Assembly (NCBI GenBank): GCA_951406725.2
Contig: OX597822.1
Span: forward strand, 82,584,001 to 82,648,000
Reading direction: 5' to 3'
DNA length: 64,000 nt
Origin: Octopus vulgaris
Lineage: Eukaryota
The notes under the pieces were generated by a model. That model was not told the origin of the DNA. It did not search any database and worked only from the letters and a program-made list of their open reading frames with translations. Shown piece by piece: positions 51,240-64,000 of this stretch. A program made the position numbers and the translations under genes. Each line of letters begins with the position of its first letter. The stretch's first letter is position 1.

Positions 51240-51800
51240 TTATTGCTGTTGTTGTTGTTGTTGATATTACTATTGTTGTTGTTGTTTTTGTTATTATTGA
51301 GTGAGAAGGCAGTGCATGCCATCAAAGTGACACTGGGGTAAAATATACGAAGCCCAGTATACCCATCATGACTACCCGTCTGATAAGGGTACACTAGGCA
51401 CATGCATGACCTTGCAGGTGAGGCCCAGTTACAATTTTCTTGAGGTCAAATAGCCCATCCTGCTCAAAAGGTCCCTGAATAAGGGTTGTTTAAGGTTGTT
51501 GCATGAAACACCTATGTTTCCAAAGGTGAATTATCCAAACCCCAAAGAATTCCCCTCAACACATGGCTGTGATACTCCCCAACTACTTCTGCTTGTGATC
51601 AGAGATGCACATATCATCAGCCGCTAAGGGACATGCTCAACTGGTTACGGTCAAACAACTGACAAGCAAATCTGTGGTATTGAGCAGAATATTTGCTGTA
51701 GCCCATCTTTTATACCAAGTAAAAACATGTACATGATAACACATCCAATCAGTTAAGATCAGCAGCCATGAGAGCCAGTGCCTGGTACTGCATCAGGACA
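51240..51800 (-). mobile_element. Interspersed retroposon family D; second copy at about 57880-58255
   Basis: The two copies share gcagtgcatgcca.caaagtgacactggggta...gactacc.gtctgataagggtacac...gtgatcagagatgcacatatc...ctaagggacatgctcaactggttacggtcaa. There is an (AAC/AAT)n tail on the minus strand. Confidence 0.7.
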
Positions 51801-52733
51801 ATCAAAGTGTTGTTAAATATATATCTGTAATGTGCCAAGACATGGCTGAATCAGTGGACTCTATGCATTTCCCTTCAGCATTTCCCTTGTAACTATTCTG
51901 AAGAAATTAATATCAACAAAATTTCCTCAATGTTTTCAGTCTATCTTAAAATATTGAAATATCAATTTTGGTGGTTTAGGCATGAAACCAATAAGCTTTC
52001 TGGTAACGAGTAAAATCAATTAAATTGATTCCACCACCACCACCACCATCATCACATACACTTAATATTGGGTTGTCAGATAAATTGGGTCCCCACCTCT
52101 TCCCGCTTCTATGCATTTCGTCATCAAATGTTTGAAAAGAGGTAAAATTTATTCAGATTTCAGAAATGATAAACAAAAGTTGCAGAGGGAAAATAGAATT
52201 ACAAATAAAACATGAAATACTATGGTAAAAATGTAATAATAATAATAATAATAATAATGATAATAATAATTATTATTATTATTATAATTCTTTCTACTGG
52301 AAGCACAAGGCCTCAAATTTGGGGGAAGGGACAGGGTTTACATTGACTCCAGTGCATAACTGGTACTTATTTAATCAACCCCGAAAGGATGAAAAGCAAA
52401 GTCCACCCTGGCGGCATTTGAACTCAGAACGTGGCGACAGACAAAATACTGCTTTGCATTTCACCCGGCATGCTAACAATTCTGCCAGCTTGCCACCTTA
52501 ATGATGATGATGATAATTGTTAGAAAGGTCCTTGATATCTAAGGAAACTGGTTGTGACCTGGTGTCAAGAACATTGATTCTGATTGTAAAACACTCATGC
52601 ATGCCAACAACTACAACTACAACAACAACAACAATAATAATAATAATAATAATAGATCATTACAGACATTATTTTAAGCTTCAAATTTCTTATATGTATA
52701 TTTAACCTTTTTTTTTTCTTTCACTTTTGACAG

Positions 52734-52779
52734 AGGAGTCTCAGTCCCCCAGTATGCACATCAGTTTCAAACACAAAAG
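52734..52779 (+). CDS. PRKAG2: Probable small coding exon (46 bp) of the same gene, RSLSPPVCTSVSNTK + 1 nt
   Basis: Strong acceptor (ccttttttttttctttcacttttgacag) and consensus donor AAG|gtaagt. Open in phase 0, so compatible with direct splicing from 25251. Ser/Pro-rich like the preceding exon. Confidence 0.65.
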
Positions 52780-53339
52780 GTAAGTTGTGGTTTTTGTTAT
52801 CATTTTATATTCTTAATTAGTCTAATCTATTTTCCAGAAATTATTTTTAATTAACTGTAAGTCTCTTGTTTTACTCTTTTTTAAATCTTATCTTCACTTT
52901 TCAAAACACTCTCTCTCTCTCTTATTCTCTCTCTTGCTCCTTCTCTCTCTCTCTCTCTCTCTCTCTCTTGCTCCCTCCCTCTCTCTCTCTCTCTCTCTCT
53001 TTCTGTATTTATTATTTTCTCTCAGTATATCCTTATTTCTCTGAATATGGCACTAAGTAATGAGCTTACTGATTCTATAAAACTGTAAGAAGTAAGTTTT
53101 AACATTGGTGGAACGTGGTTGATGATTGTAGAAGATTTGCAAAGAGATGTTGAGTTGTAGAGAAATCAGTTAAAACTTTGGTCTTATTGCATATACAACG
53201 ACAAACTTGTTTCTATTCTACCAATATGATTCTAGCTCCCATTTGTTCACGGTTTATAGGAAACTCCCTTTATTCTTCAAGCACAAGGATTTTGATTTTT
53301 GTCGACTATAAATTTCAGGAACTTCATAATAAGTAAGCC

Positions 53340-53900
53340 AGGTCAGGTATCAAGGGCATGATGCTGCATTTACAATTTGTTGGTATTTGCTTGGGTCCTA
53401 CCAGGTAACCCTCTGAGCAGTTTCCCAGTCAATCCCCATCTCTATAAGATATTTCCTAATTTGCTGGGACCATGGGGCATGTAGCACGTCAGCATGAGCT
53501 GTCACCACAACCAGATTCTCAGACATGAGAATATGGTACACAGGACCTCGCTCAGGAAATTGAGCAACATGCACAAACAGACTGAGCTGATGCTCCCTAA
53601 TCATACAAGCAACAGAATGCATTCCAGTTTCTGAGAATTGTCATTAGTTGGATATGAAATTCTGAGCAAGGGTAACCTGTAATCCTGCAAAGTTTTCTGG
53701 TACCAATGGAGTTCAGGCAACTCTTAAGGACCCCGGTGAGTGTCCAAGTCTTGAGACCTGAAGACCTGTACCTTTGTCCTTCTACTCAGATATTGGCAGC
53801 ACCAAACTCCCTTGTCTAGTGAGTCCACCATTGTCTCATCTAACTCAAGTATCAGCTGTAACACCTGTAATAAGTAAGCAGCTAAATAATATATAAAAGA
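53340..53900 (-). mobile_element. Decayed RTE-like LINE remnant
   Basis: ORF 53398-53622 IREHQLSLFVHVARF-like (IREHQLSLFVHVAQFP..PVYHIL...W..QI) resembles the RTE RQL.LFGHVAR C-terminal motif. Confidence 0.5.
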
Positions 53901-55199
53901 AATATGTGTAGTAAAGATTGTTTGCCAACATAACATGGCAGTCCTGGTTTAGGACGAATGTTGCTGTAATTTAGCCCCAGGGGACATCGTCTCCAGCTGG
54001 CTATACGACATGATCTGTGTCCTTATATTTTCGAACGAGGGAATCTAGTACCCCCACTCAGCTCAAAACAATATCTGTGTATCGCGATATGTGCTTTTTA
54101 CATCTTTTCCTTATTTCTTAAATTCAAATTCAAACTTCAGATCCCACCAAACATTATGAAGAAATGATTATCTCTTTTGTATTAACTGTCCACTAGGAGA
54201 CACCACATATTTTATCCCTATGCATTTTTGGAGTGTGTTATTTGTTTTGCTTTTTAGTATAATCTTTTTAAAAATCAAAAATTATTTCTGCTGCTGGTCA
54301 CATACTGAACCATCAAGAGTTATCTACCCTGTCTGCGGACACTGTAATCATTAAAAATTTATTTATTTATTTATTTTCATTTTTGCATTTGTGAACAAGG
54401 GATCCATTGGACATTTGAGCTCAAAGAGGATTCCAATGAACCACTGCTTGATTCAGTACATGTTTTGGGAAGTAAGTGACAGGAGACATTTGTGCTTTTA
54501 AGTTATGAAATAGTTCTACATAGGTGCAGGCGTGGCTGCACGGTTTAGAAACTCGCTTTGCAATTCTATGGATTCAGCTTCAGTCCCATAGTGCAGTATC
54601 TTAGGCAAGTGCCATTTTCTATAGCCCCAGGTTGATCAATGCCTTCTGAATGAACTTGGTTGATAGAAACTATATGGAAGGCCTTCATATCTGTGTATTC
54701 GTGTCAGGACGTTGATAAAGTGAAATGTATGATTGCATAATGTCTTTGCTTGTTATATAATTATTTCAGAATTTTACTGAAATGTGTGTGTGTCCTATAA
54801 ACTTTTGAATACTACACCTGTTTTATGCTTATTAATTCTTTCTACAATATGTGTGTGTGTTCATAACTTAGCAGTTTGACAAAAAAAGAGCAATAGAATA
54901 GGTACCAGACTTATAAAAACTAAGTACCAGGGTCGATTTATTTGACTAAACTCTTTAAGGCAAGGTACACACACACACACACACACACACAAGGCAATAA
55001 GCTGGCAGTCATTGAAGCACCAGAGAAAATACCTTGGAGTATTTGTTTCAAATCCTGCCAAGGTCAGCTTTGCCTTTCATCCTTCTGGGATTGATAATCT
55101 GTATTACCCCCACCCCATCTCACCTGTTGTATGTATGTATACTGTTTGAGCCCCAAGGTTTGTTGAATATTAAGGTGTACTGTGCCATGATCGTTCATT

Positions 55200-55485
55200 G
55201 TATGTTGATATGAGATATGTTGTGCTTGAGAAGAAGAGCCATCAAGCCGAGCAAAATCTCAGTTGTGGCAGATACCAGTGTTATGCAGATGGCACCTGTG
55301 CTGGTGACACATAAAAGCCCCCATTACACTCTTGGAGTGGTTGGTGTTCGGAAGGGCATCCAGCTGTAGAAAACCATTCCAAATCAGACTGGAGTCTGGC
55401 TCAGCCTTCCAGTGTGCCAGCCTTGGTCAAACCGTCCAACCCATGCCAGCATGGACAATGGACGTTAAATGATGATGATGATGAA
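55200..55485 (+). mobile_element. Family C retroposon (RTE-LINE-type 3' tail ending in (GAT)n)
   Basis: ...gtggttggtgtt.ggaagggcatccagctgtagaaa...gtcaaaccgtccaacccatgccagcatgga...gttaaatgatgatgatg. The same tail directly follows the RTE ORF remnant at 35590-35935. Other copies at about 1500-1800(-), 3160-3420, 5480-5650(-), 6000-6160(-), 7580-7910(-), 9800-10160(-), 11765-11920, 17700-17940 and 36670-36890. Confidence 0.75.
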
Positions 55486-58400
55486 AGCTGATTAAATCAA
55501 CCGCAGTACTTGACTGGTTCTTTATTTCATCAATCTCCAAAGAATAAAAGATACACTGAGGTACATTGCTTAGTAGTCAGGGTGTTACACTCCCAAGTGC
55601 AAGGTCATGGTTTCACTTCCTGGACTAGGCAAGGCATTGTTTTCTTGATCAAAATACTTCATTTTGTAAACTTCAACTGTAAACTGACATCTTGTTCGAG
55701 GAGAGAAAAATCTTGTGATCTCGGTCGTGGAAATTGGGTAACTGGTTCTATGAGTCTTGGGGCTTGAGAGTCCAGAGGTTGATGATGAAAGGATAAAAGA
55801 CAAACTTGGTCTGAGTGAAATTTGAACTGAGAAATGGAATCAATACTTCAAAGCAATTTCTCTGAGTCTCTAACCATTCTGCCAATTCACTGGCCTTTTA
55901 TCTATTGCGAGACATTTGTAAATATTAGTCTAGGAATGAGAAGGAATTATCTCAATAAAGGTTGAACGAGGGTTTGATAATAACACTGTTATTGCATTCT
56001 TTACTGTTACATTTTATTGTTGATGAGGTGTTGCTGGCTTTACTCGTGAGATAAGAAATGAAGATATATGGATGTGTGTATGTAGAGATAGAGAGAGAGG
56101 AGGAGGATAGAAGATAGGGAGATATACACACATGTAGATATATCGCTGGTGTATAATTTCTTTTCTCTGATTTGTTATTAGATTTTGTTTTTTATTTTTT
56201 TTTTATATGGTTTTTGTTATTCTTGTTTACCTTACAAGAGTTGTTTGTGACTTCATAGATTACTTAACACATTGGTTGCTAGAGCAGGGTTTGAACTCCT
56301 GACCTTTTTGGTACCCATAACAACCATTGTGATTCACTGATTTTAAAACTGAATTATAAATAAACTCCATTAATTCAGGCTTTAAATTTACATAACTATT
56401 CACTATGTAATTCTCAAGCTGCAGCCATAGATTCCTCAAACTGCACTCTGCACTTCAAAACAAGAAGAATATTTTCTAGGTATGGCGTTCCTCCAAAAGA
56501 TTTCTGAAGTAACTTTACTCAACATGGTGCAAAGCTTAAAGATTAGGGAGTCTCTCCAAGTTGAGCCCCTACCTCTCCATATTGAGAGGCCACAGCACTG
56601 GTCATTATGGTCATGGGATTAGATTGTCACAGGAAGGAATTACATGTTGGATTCTTCAAGCATAACCAACTGGCAGAAGACTGAGGAGTAGATGAAGAAC
56701 AAGATGGTTGGATAATAGCCATAGTGCAGTTGGTCGTGCTTGGGAATCTTGCCAGAAAGTCTAATGATAGTTGCTTCTGATAGCACCTAATGGAGGAGAT
56801 GCCTGAGAATTCTACCCCTGTAACCCTCTCAGAAATAGTGTGGGCAGAGAAGATGGATGGATGGAGAGAGGGAGGGAGGGATAGGTGGTAGAGTTTAGGC
56901 TACATTAAGCAATGTAGTTCAAGATATACTATCCGAGGAAAAGAATAGACTTTGGCTAGGGTTCCTCTAATTACAGGGACTACACTGCAGATCTGGAATG
57001 GCTTGGAGCGACCCAAAGACAGTAATACCACCATTTCCTACAATGCCTATGGAAAAGCATCTCCATGGACATTTGACCTGCTAAAATTAAGTGATAAATT
57101 CCTGTTATCAGTAAGGATTAATTCAAAGCCACTTAATCCAGCGATTATAAATGAAGCTATATCTAAACAAACAAGTATTTTTGGAATTTGCTGTCCATTA
57201 TTAATATTGTGGTATTTGTTGCAGCTCTGTTTGTTAAAATGAAACTCCAACAAAATACTGGGGTTGATGGTATCAATTAACCCCTTCTCTCAAAATCGCT
57301 AGCTTTGAACCTTAATCTCATCGAGTTCATCTTTGATTTTAATCCCTTCTGGGCTGATAAAGTCCTGGAGTTGCCAGCATCAACTGTTCCTCTCATCCAA
57401 ATTTTCAAGCTTTACGCCTATATTAGAAACAATTAGTTCAAACTGCCTGAAGGTCAACAGGATTTGGTCTACGAATGCAAAGAGTCAAAAGAGGTGCCTT
57501 GTGGTGTTTGCTCCAGCTCTTTACACTCTGAGTTCAAGTCCTACCAAGATCAACTTTGTCTTTCATCGATTTGGAGCCAATAAAATAAAGTACCTGTTAT
57601 GTACTCAGATCAATTCTTCACCTCACCAAAATTTCAAACTTTTTGCATATGTTACAAACGAGCAGGAAGAATAATTAGATTGTTGGATGAAATGTTTAGT
57701 GGCATTTCTTCTGACTCTTTGTGTTCTGGGTCAAATGCTTTCAAGGCCAACTTTTGTCTTTCATCTTTTTGGGCTCAATAAAATAAAGGACCAGCTCTGC
57801 ATTGGGGGTCAATGTGATTGACTTCCCCTACCGTCCAAAATAGCTGGCTTTGTACTGCAATTAGAAAGACTATTATTATTGTGGAGTGAAAGAGCAGTGC
57901 ATGCCACCAAAGTGACACTGGGGTACAAATGAAGACAAATAGACCCATCGTGACTACCAGTCTGATAAGGGTACACCAGGCACATGAATCACAACCATAT
58001 GCGTGCAATGTGGTAATCTTATATCAAGATAACCTTGCAGGTATTAGAATTTTCTTCTGGTCGAGTAGCCCATCTCACTCAAAAGGTCCCCGAATAAGGA
58101 TGTTGAACAAAACACCCAAAGAATTCCTCTCAACACATGGTTTTGATGCTCCCCCACTACTTCTGCTTGTGATCAGAGATGCACATATCGTCAGCCACTA
58201 AGGGACATGCTCAACTGGTTACGGTCAAGGAAATCTGTGATATTGAGCAGAATGTTTGGCTGAATCATTAGAGCATCAGATAAAGTGATAAGTGGAATTT
58301 TTCTTGGCTCTGAATGTTCTCAGTTCAAATACTGCTGAGGTCAATTTTTGTCCTTTCAGGGTCAATGAAATAAAACACCAATCAAATACTGGCCTTGAAC

Positions 58401-59069
58401 TTTCAAAGAAATTATTATTACTCTGGTGTTGTAGCAGGCTGGGCAAAATGCTTGGCAGCATTTCATCTCTCGTTATGTTCTGACTTCAAAGGTCGCCAAG
58501 GTGTCAGCTTTGCCTTTCATCTTTTTCAGTGTCAATAAACTAGTTTACCACTTGATCACTAGGGGGCAGTCTAATCAACTTGCCCACCTCCCCTGAAATT
58601 GTTAGCCTTGTGCTAAAATCTGAAACCATTATTCTTGTTGAGTGACAAAGATAGTAGAATGTTAGGTGGAAAAACCCCTTAGCTAGGAGTACAAGGTGAG
58701 TTGCAGGGGAAGGGTTACCTCTTACTGCTGCCCTGGAATTTCCTTTGACATCAGAAAGGGGGTCCCTAATAGTTAGTTTTGTCCTAAATTCTCAGTCCAG
58801 ATCCCAGCGTAGTTAACTTTCCTGGAAGGTGGGGGTTAGGGGTTAATGCAACTAGACCCAGTTGTGTAACCAAGATGAGTGAACTCTTGGAATACTTTAT
58901 CATTATAATCCTTACAAATATATAAAATTGTGCCAAAATAGGAAATCCTGTAATTCGTTAAAAGTTATCTCCCTTAATTTGTATTTTTTTTTAACACTTT
59001 AATATGTCATATGAGTGATCTACGTTTGTTTTGTGTGTGTACATTTGTATGTATGTGTATGTATATATA

Positions 59070-59277
59070 TATTCGTCTTTTACTTATTTCAGTCGTTAGA
59101 TTGCGGCTATGCTGGGGCAATGCCGTGATGAAGTTTTTATCGAATGAAGCAACCCTAGTATTTACTTTTTTAAAGAACCTGATACTTATTCTATCGGTCA
59201 TTTGCCAAACAGCTGAGTTATGCAGACGTAAACACACCAACACCGGTTGTCAAGCAGTAGTGGGGGACAGACACACT

Positions 59278-59313
<36 letters not shown>

Positions 59314-59390
59314 CAACAGGCTTCTTTCAGCTTCCATCTATCAGGGCTGGCCCAAGGCTATAGTAGAAGACACTTGCCCAAGATGCCTCA
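59070..59390 (-). mobile_element. SINE family A
   Basis: Reverse-complement match to the family consensus. Confidence 0.75.
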
Positions 59391-59949
59391 CTTTTGTAAC
59401 GTATGTATATATGTGTGTATGCATATGTGTATGTATGCACAGATAGATAGATAGATAGATAGACTGACAGATACAGATAGATAGATTGACTGACAGGCAG
59501 ATAGACAGGTATTAAAAAAAAAACAAATAAGAACTAGACTGGTGGTATACAATGAGCAAATGTTTTTTAGTAAAATTCACAAATTTCAGTTGGTCCATAT
59601 ATCATGAGGAAATGCGAGTCCTGACATTTCCATCAAAATTCCTTCATCAGAGAGGAAAACATTTTTGGCAAGTTTATAACTGTAGTGAGAATATGTAATT
59701 AAAAATTGTTCATAGGTGGAATTGGATAAAAAGAAGATGTAAAATAGGAGTTAATCCAGTAAATAAGGATTAGTGACCAGGACGGGTATAAGCTATGTTA
59801 ATTATGTGGATTGCAGCATTTCTGTCTCAAAGACAGAAAACTGACTTCATACTGTATCTGTTCTTGTATAATTTGGTTGTAATTGGTTTTTAATTCTTTT
59901 TAGAATAATAATAATAATAATAATAATAATGATAAGAATGAAATTATTG

Positions 59950-60468
59950 TGTACAGTGCTCAGGTGCACTACAGCTCATCAAAGGTGCATGTGGAGTACA
60001 TAGAATTATGTACAAAAGTCAGGAGTATATGTGTCATGATATACATGTGTGCATGCGTATGGAGCGGTGGTGAATATCAGGTGTAGTGTTCACAAACTTC
60101 AAGAAGCATGGAGGTTTAAAGGATGCAATGTCTTGACAGCTAACAACTGATGCAGGTAGTTTGTTCCATGCTTCAGCATCCCTGAGTGTGAAAAAATGTT
60201 TTCAAAAGTCATGGGAGCTGTGCTGTTTTCTGACTTTGTAGGCATGCCTACATGTGTTAGACACATGGAGTTCAAGAAAGTGTTCAAGGTGGTTGTTGGT
60301 GTGATGGTTAATAATTTTGCGGGTATTTTCCAAGTCAGATGTCAGATGATGGAGCTTCAATGTATCTATGCCCAGAGAAGCAAGGCGTTCAGAGTATGTT
60401 AGATGCTTAATAGAGGGTATTCACTTGGTTGCACGTCTCTGAACAGTTTCCAGGAGGTCAATGTCCTA
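59950..60468 (-). mobile_element. CR1-group LINE 3' remnant
   Basis: Minus-strand decayed translation DIDLLETVQRRATK.IPS..HLTYSERLASLG...KHFFTLR.AEAWNKLPASVVS, with an AAT-rich tail near 59905-59945. Confidence 0.75.
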
Positions 60469-60969
60469 CCATCATCATCATCATCATTCATCAATGTACA
60501 TGTTCCATGCTGTCATAGTTGGACAGTTTGACAGGATTTGAGAGCCAGTGTCTGCTTTGGCATGGTTTTCATGGCTGGATCCCTTTCCGAATAGGGAATT
60601 CAGGACTGCATCTTTTTTAAAAGGTGACAGGATGTGATTTTGAAGGAGATTTAGGTGGTATTTCTAGCATGTTAAGTGACTATTTTATGACTCTTTCATT
60701 AACTTTACTACCATTGTGGCATTTGCTGCTCTTTTTCAAAGTATTTTTCACAGGGTGGGGGTAGCTTTGTTTTATTTGCTGTATATTTATATTTCGATAT
60801 TCAACACTGATCTCTGCATGTCATTTATTGCATTAGTTTTCGAGTGGTTGTGTATTCTTGTTTTCAAATTAGTTCAACATTTTTCTATTGTTCTTTTTGT
60901 TTCTCCCCCGACCACATGTACACTCTCTCTCTCTCTCTCACACACACTTTATTTCTCTCTTTCCTCCTG

Positions 60970-61023
<54 letters not shown>

Positions 61024-61484
61024 TTATATTGCCTGTACAGTAAGTCTATAAAATCTGCTAAATTACTAATATACTTATGAAACACCCTGCCTCATTCCAT
61101 TATCCCCCCACCTCTCCTCAATAAGCTCTGTACTAAAACAACCTTGTTAAGTCAATTAATACATGCAGTAAAAAATAAACACAATTAACCTTGATCACTT
61201 CCTAATTATGTATGCTTATCAATTCACCAAACACAGATAAATATTATGACATGCATTTTCATAATTGAATGCAACTTCCAGCTGATACTCGCTTCAGTGT
61301 GGGAAATGGGCGTGGCAGATATTTGCAAGCTGGTAATGTTTGTTGTTTAATGTTTCACATAAGTAGAAAATCTGCCAAACTGTCACTGACCTGCCTTTGT
61401 ACACCAAAGACTACATTGTGGAATGTGTCTTCCCATTTTTCTTCTTTTTTTTTTTAAATAGTAAACTGAGATTTAAATTTTTTT

Positions 61485-61950
61485 TTTTCTTTTACTTGTT
61501 TCAGCCATTAGATTGTGGCCATGCTGGGGCACTGTTTTGCAGAATTTTTAGCTGCACAAAGCAACACCAGTACTGATTATTATTTATTTATTTTTTTTAA
61601 GCCTGGTACTTATTCTATCAGTCTCTTTTGCTGAACTGAACTGCTAAGTTATGGGAACATAACCATACCAACACTGGTTGTCAAGAGGTGATGAGGACAA
61701 ACACAGACACAAAGACACACTCACACACACATACATATATGCCTATACATATGTATACATACACACACACACACACACAACCACACACACACATAGGCCT
61801 ATACATATGATCATGTATATAACAGGCTTCTTTCAGTTTCCATTGACTAAATCTACTTACAAAGCTTTGGTTGGTCCATGGCTATATTAGAAGACATTGC
61901 CCAGAACCATGAGGGTGGGAAGCAGACTTCTTACCATACAGCCGCGCCTG
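61485..61950 (-). mobile_element. SINE family A, full length
   Basis: Reverse-complement match including the head (cttcttaccatacagccgcgcctg). Confidence 0.8.
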
Positions 61951-62152
61951 CTGCTTTATAATTTTTTCACCGTGTTTTAGGAGGTTTTTTATCAAATCAA
62001 GGATTCTAACAAACTGCGGGATTTTTATTTTTACTTCCACAATTTAGATTTAATTTTGTGCGGGGAAAATATCAAACCAGTTACATAAAAATCAGGAAAT
62101 AAAACAAGTACAAGTATCTTAATATCTAATCAAGACGTGTGTGTGTGTGTGT

Positions 62153-62193
<41 letters not shown>

Positions 62194-62416
62194 TGTATAT
62201 ATATATATATACACACACACACACATATACACGTATATACACACACACACAAAGAGCATTGCTTGTATGACTAATGCTCATTTACAGCCATCACATGATG
62301 TTAAGAGAAAGGCATAGAGACTGCCTGGAACAATGGACATGATGATGATGATGATGATGATAAGTGAAGATAATCTCAAGAAACTAGAATCCTAATTGTC
62401 TGAAGACTTAAGGACA

Positions 62417-62459
62417 ACTATAGACAGGTTTCTGCTTCTATAGGCATCATCAGCACAGC
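62417..62459 (-). ncRNA. Minimal hammerhead ribozyme motif in a probable PLE 3' remnant (approx. 62370-62760)
   Basis: Minus strand reads gctgtg-CTGATGA-tgc(ctatagaa)gca-GAAA-cctg-TC-tatagt. Stem I is 6 bp with G-U pairs. Confidence 0.65.
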
Positions 62460-62882
62460 AATTGTCTTACCTAAGGACTTAAAAATACTAAAAGAGTAGA
62501 GGACATTTATGGAAGCAAGCATAGTTTTCAGTAAATCAATAATTTATCTTGTATGGTATCTAATATATCTGTATTTGTCTGTGTTATTCCTATTCATATC
62601 ATTGGCCACCCTGAGTTATTTCTCTCAGTTCCTTTATGCATATTACTCTGGGTGTTTCTGTTCATGTCTCAGGCACTTAAAATGTTGTCTGCTGAGATTA
62701 AATTCTTCCCCTTTAACCTCTATCATTTTTTTTTTTACTGCAGACTTATTTGTTCTCTCTGATAGGCTATTTTCATATTTTATATATATCTACATATCAA
62801 AGGAAAATAACTTATAAACACATCTCTTAATCTCTCTCTTTCTCCTCTTTATATATATATATATATATATACACATACATGC

Positions 62883-62924
<42 letters not shown>

Positions 62925-62929
62925 CATGC

Positions 62930-62972
<43 letters not shown>

Positions 62973-63209
62973 AGATAGGGGTTGAAAATTCAACCCACCA
63001 TGGGATAATATATATCCAATATACTGCTAGATAGGTACCCAACAAAAATAATACATAGATGTTAAAAATTGTCAAGCAATCAGTTCATCTATTGTATTAA
63101 ATGGGTAAAGGTAATAATATTACCGTAAATATAGTTATTTCGATCTTGAAAGGATGGACTTGGTGCTAACTTAACTGTATCTATTTTTAGTATTTTTTTA
63201 TTATTATTA

Positions 63210-63253
<44 letters not shown>

Positions 63254-63585
63254 AGTAATTTTTATTAACTTTTATAGCTTTAGAATTTTATGAACTGTAC
63301 CACGGATTTAATTATTATTTTTCATCTCCATATGTGTTAGCCTTTTTTTATAAAAAAAACTATTAGCCAAATATGTATAATATCGGTACTTATTAATATT
63401 AATATATACACTGTTATATATTTTGTTTTATATTGTTCTGTTTACCTTCCTTTTTGTACAAATGTGTATTATATTATATAAGTGTAGCATTATGATATAT
63501 AAGTTTTTATATTTTACATTTTTATATTTTTATATTTATATGTATATGATTATATAATATTTTTCACTATTATAACAAATTTAAT

Positions 63586-63705
63586 TTAATTCTCTGAAGA
63601 GGCCGTGGGGCATCCTTGTTAATGCCTCATTTATACCTGCCTTTATGGCTTATAGGTTAAATGAGGTATGACTGTCCTCACTGCCGAAACAGCTGTCAGT
63701 TTTGA
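63586..63705 (+). ncRNA. Hammerhead ribozyme with long stem II in a PLE-type remnant (approx. 62968-63897) bounded by (TA)n
   Basis: CTGAAGA 63594-63600; stem II ggc-c-gtgggg...tgcctcattta/taaatgaggta...cctcac-t-gcc; GAAA 63686-63689; palindromic cagctg; GUC site, predicted cut after 63697. Stem I is weak. Confidence 0.75.
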
Positions 63706-63890
63706 TTTATTTGCATATTATATTTGAATTTTTTACTTATATCTCTTTATCTTTTTACTTTTACTATTACTGTATATCTCATTTCATTTTATATATTGCC
63801 TTTACTCATATGTAATGGTGTATTAAAGTATGGATTGAGTATCATCGGATAGTTGATGCTTTACTGATTTAAGTATGTTTCTCCATTCTC

Positions 63891-63928
<38 letters not shown>

Positions 63929-64000
63929 CACATGTATATGGATGAGACATTGTCTCATCCATTGCTTTAGGTCGTGCTGAATTTTATTTTTATTTGAGAA

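Noticed and set aside
59618-59655. Minus-strand CTGATGAaggaattttgatgGAAAtgTC as a functional hammerhead
   Set aside because: Stem II cannot pair; counted only as a possible decayed remnant.

Overview
AT-rich, repeat-saturated animal genomic DNA. The SINE families and (TA)n/(CA)n/(ATC)n load look like an octopus (coleoid cephalopod) genome, which is my inference. The window is almost all intron of one + strand gene, most likely AMPK gamma subunit (PRKAG2/SNF4Agamma-like). It has a 525-bp coding exon at 24727-25251 (DLSAFAMPLLENG...FFDTFRPRSKSD) and a probable 46-bp exon at 52734-52779. Nearly all other listed ORFs are microsatellite or SINE artefacts. The largest unusual structure is a young Penelope-like retroelement (Naiad-type GIY-YIG endonuclease, RT core missing) forming a ~1.3-kb near-perfect inverted repeat (41056-42370 / 43038-44353). 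It sits in a (TA)n tract with an apparent target duplication and has a hammerhead ribozyme (HHR) in each arm. I also read about a dozen further type-I minimal HHR motifs from several unrelated families, usually next to (TA)n and often in hairpins. Two stand out: a palindromic element at 32036-32305 whose HHR core carries a compensatory G3:C8 swap, and a SINE-like family joining a tRNA-like Pol III head to an HHR tail, found head-to-head at 16415-16950. Helitron-, Helentron-, mariner- and piggyBac-type non-autonomous elements, LINE 3' remnants and local duplications are also present. All structures were read by eye; repeat boundaries are approximate.
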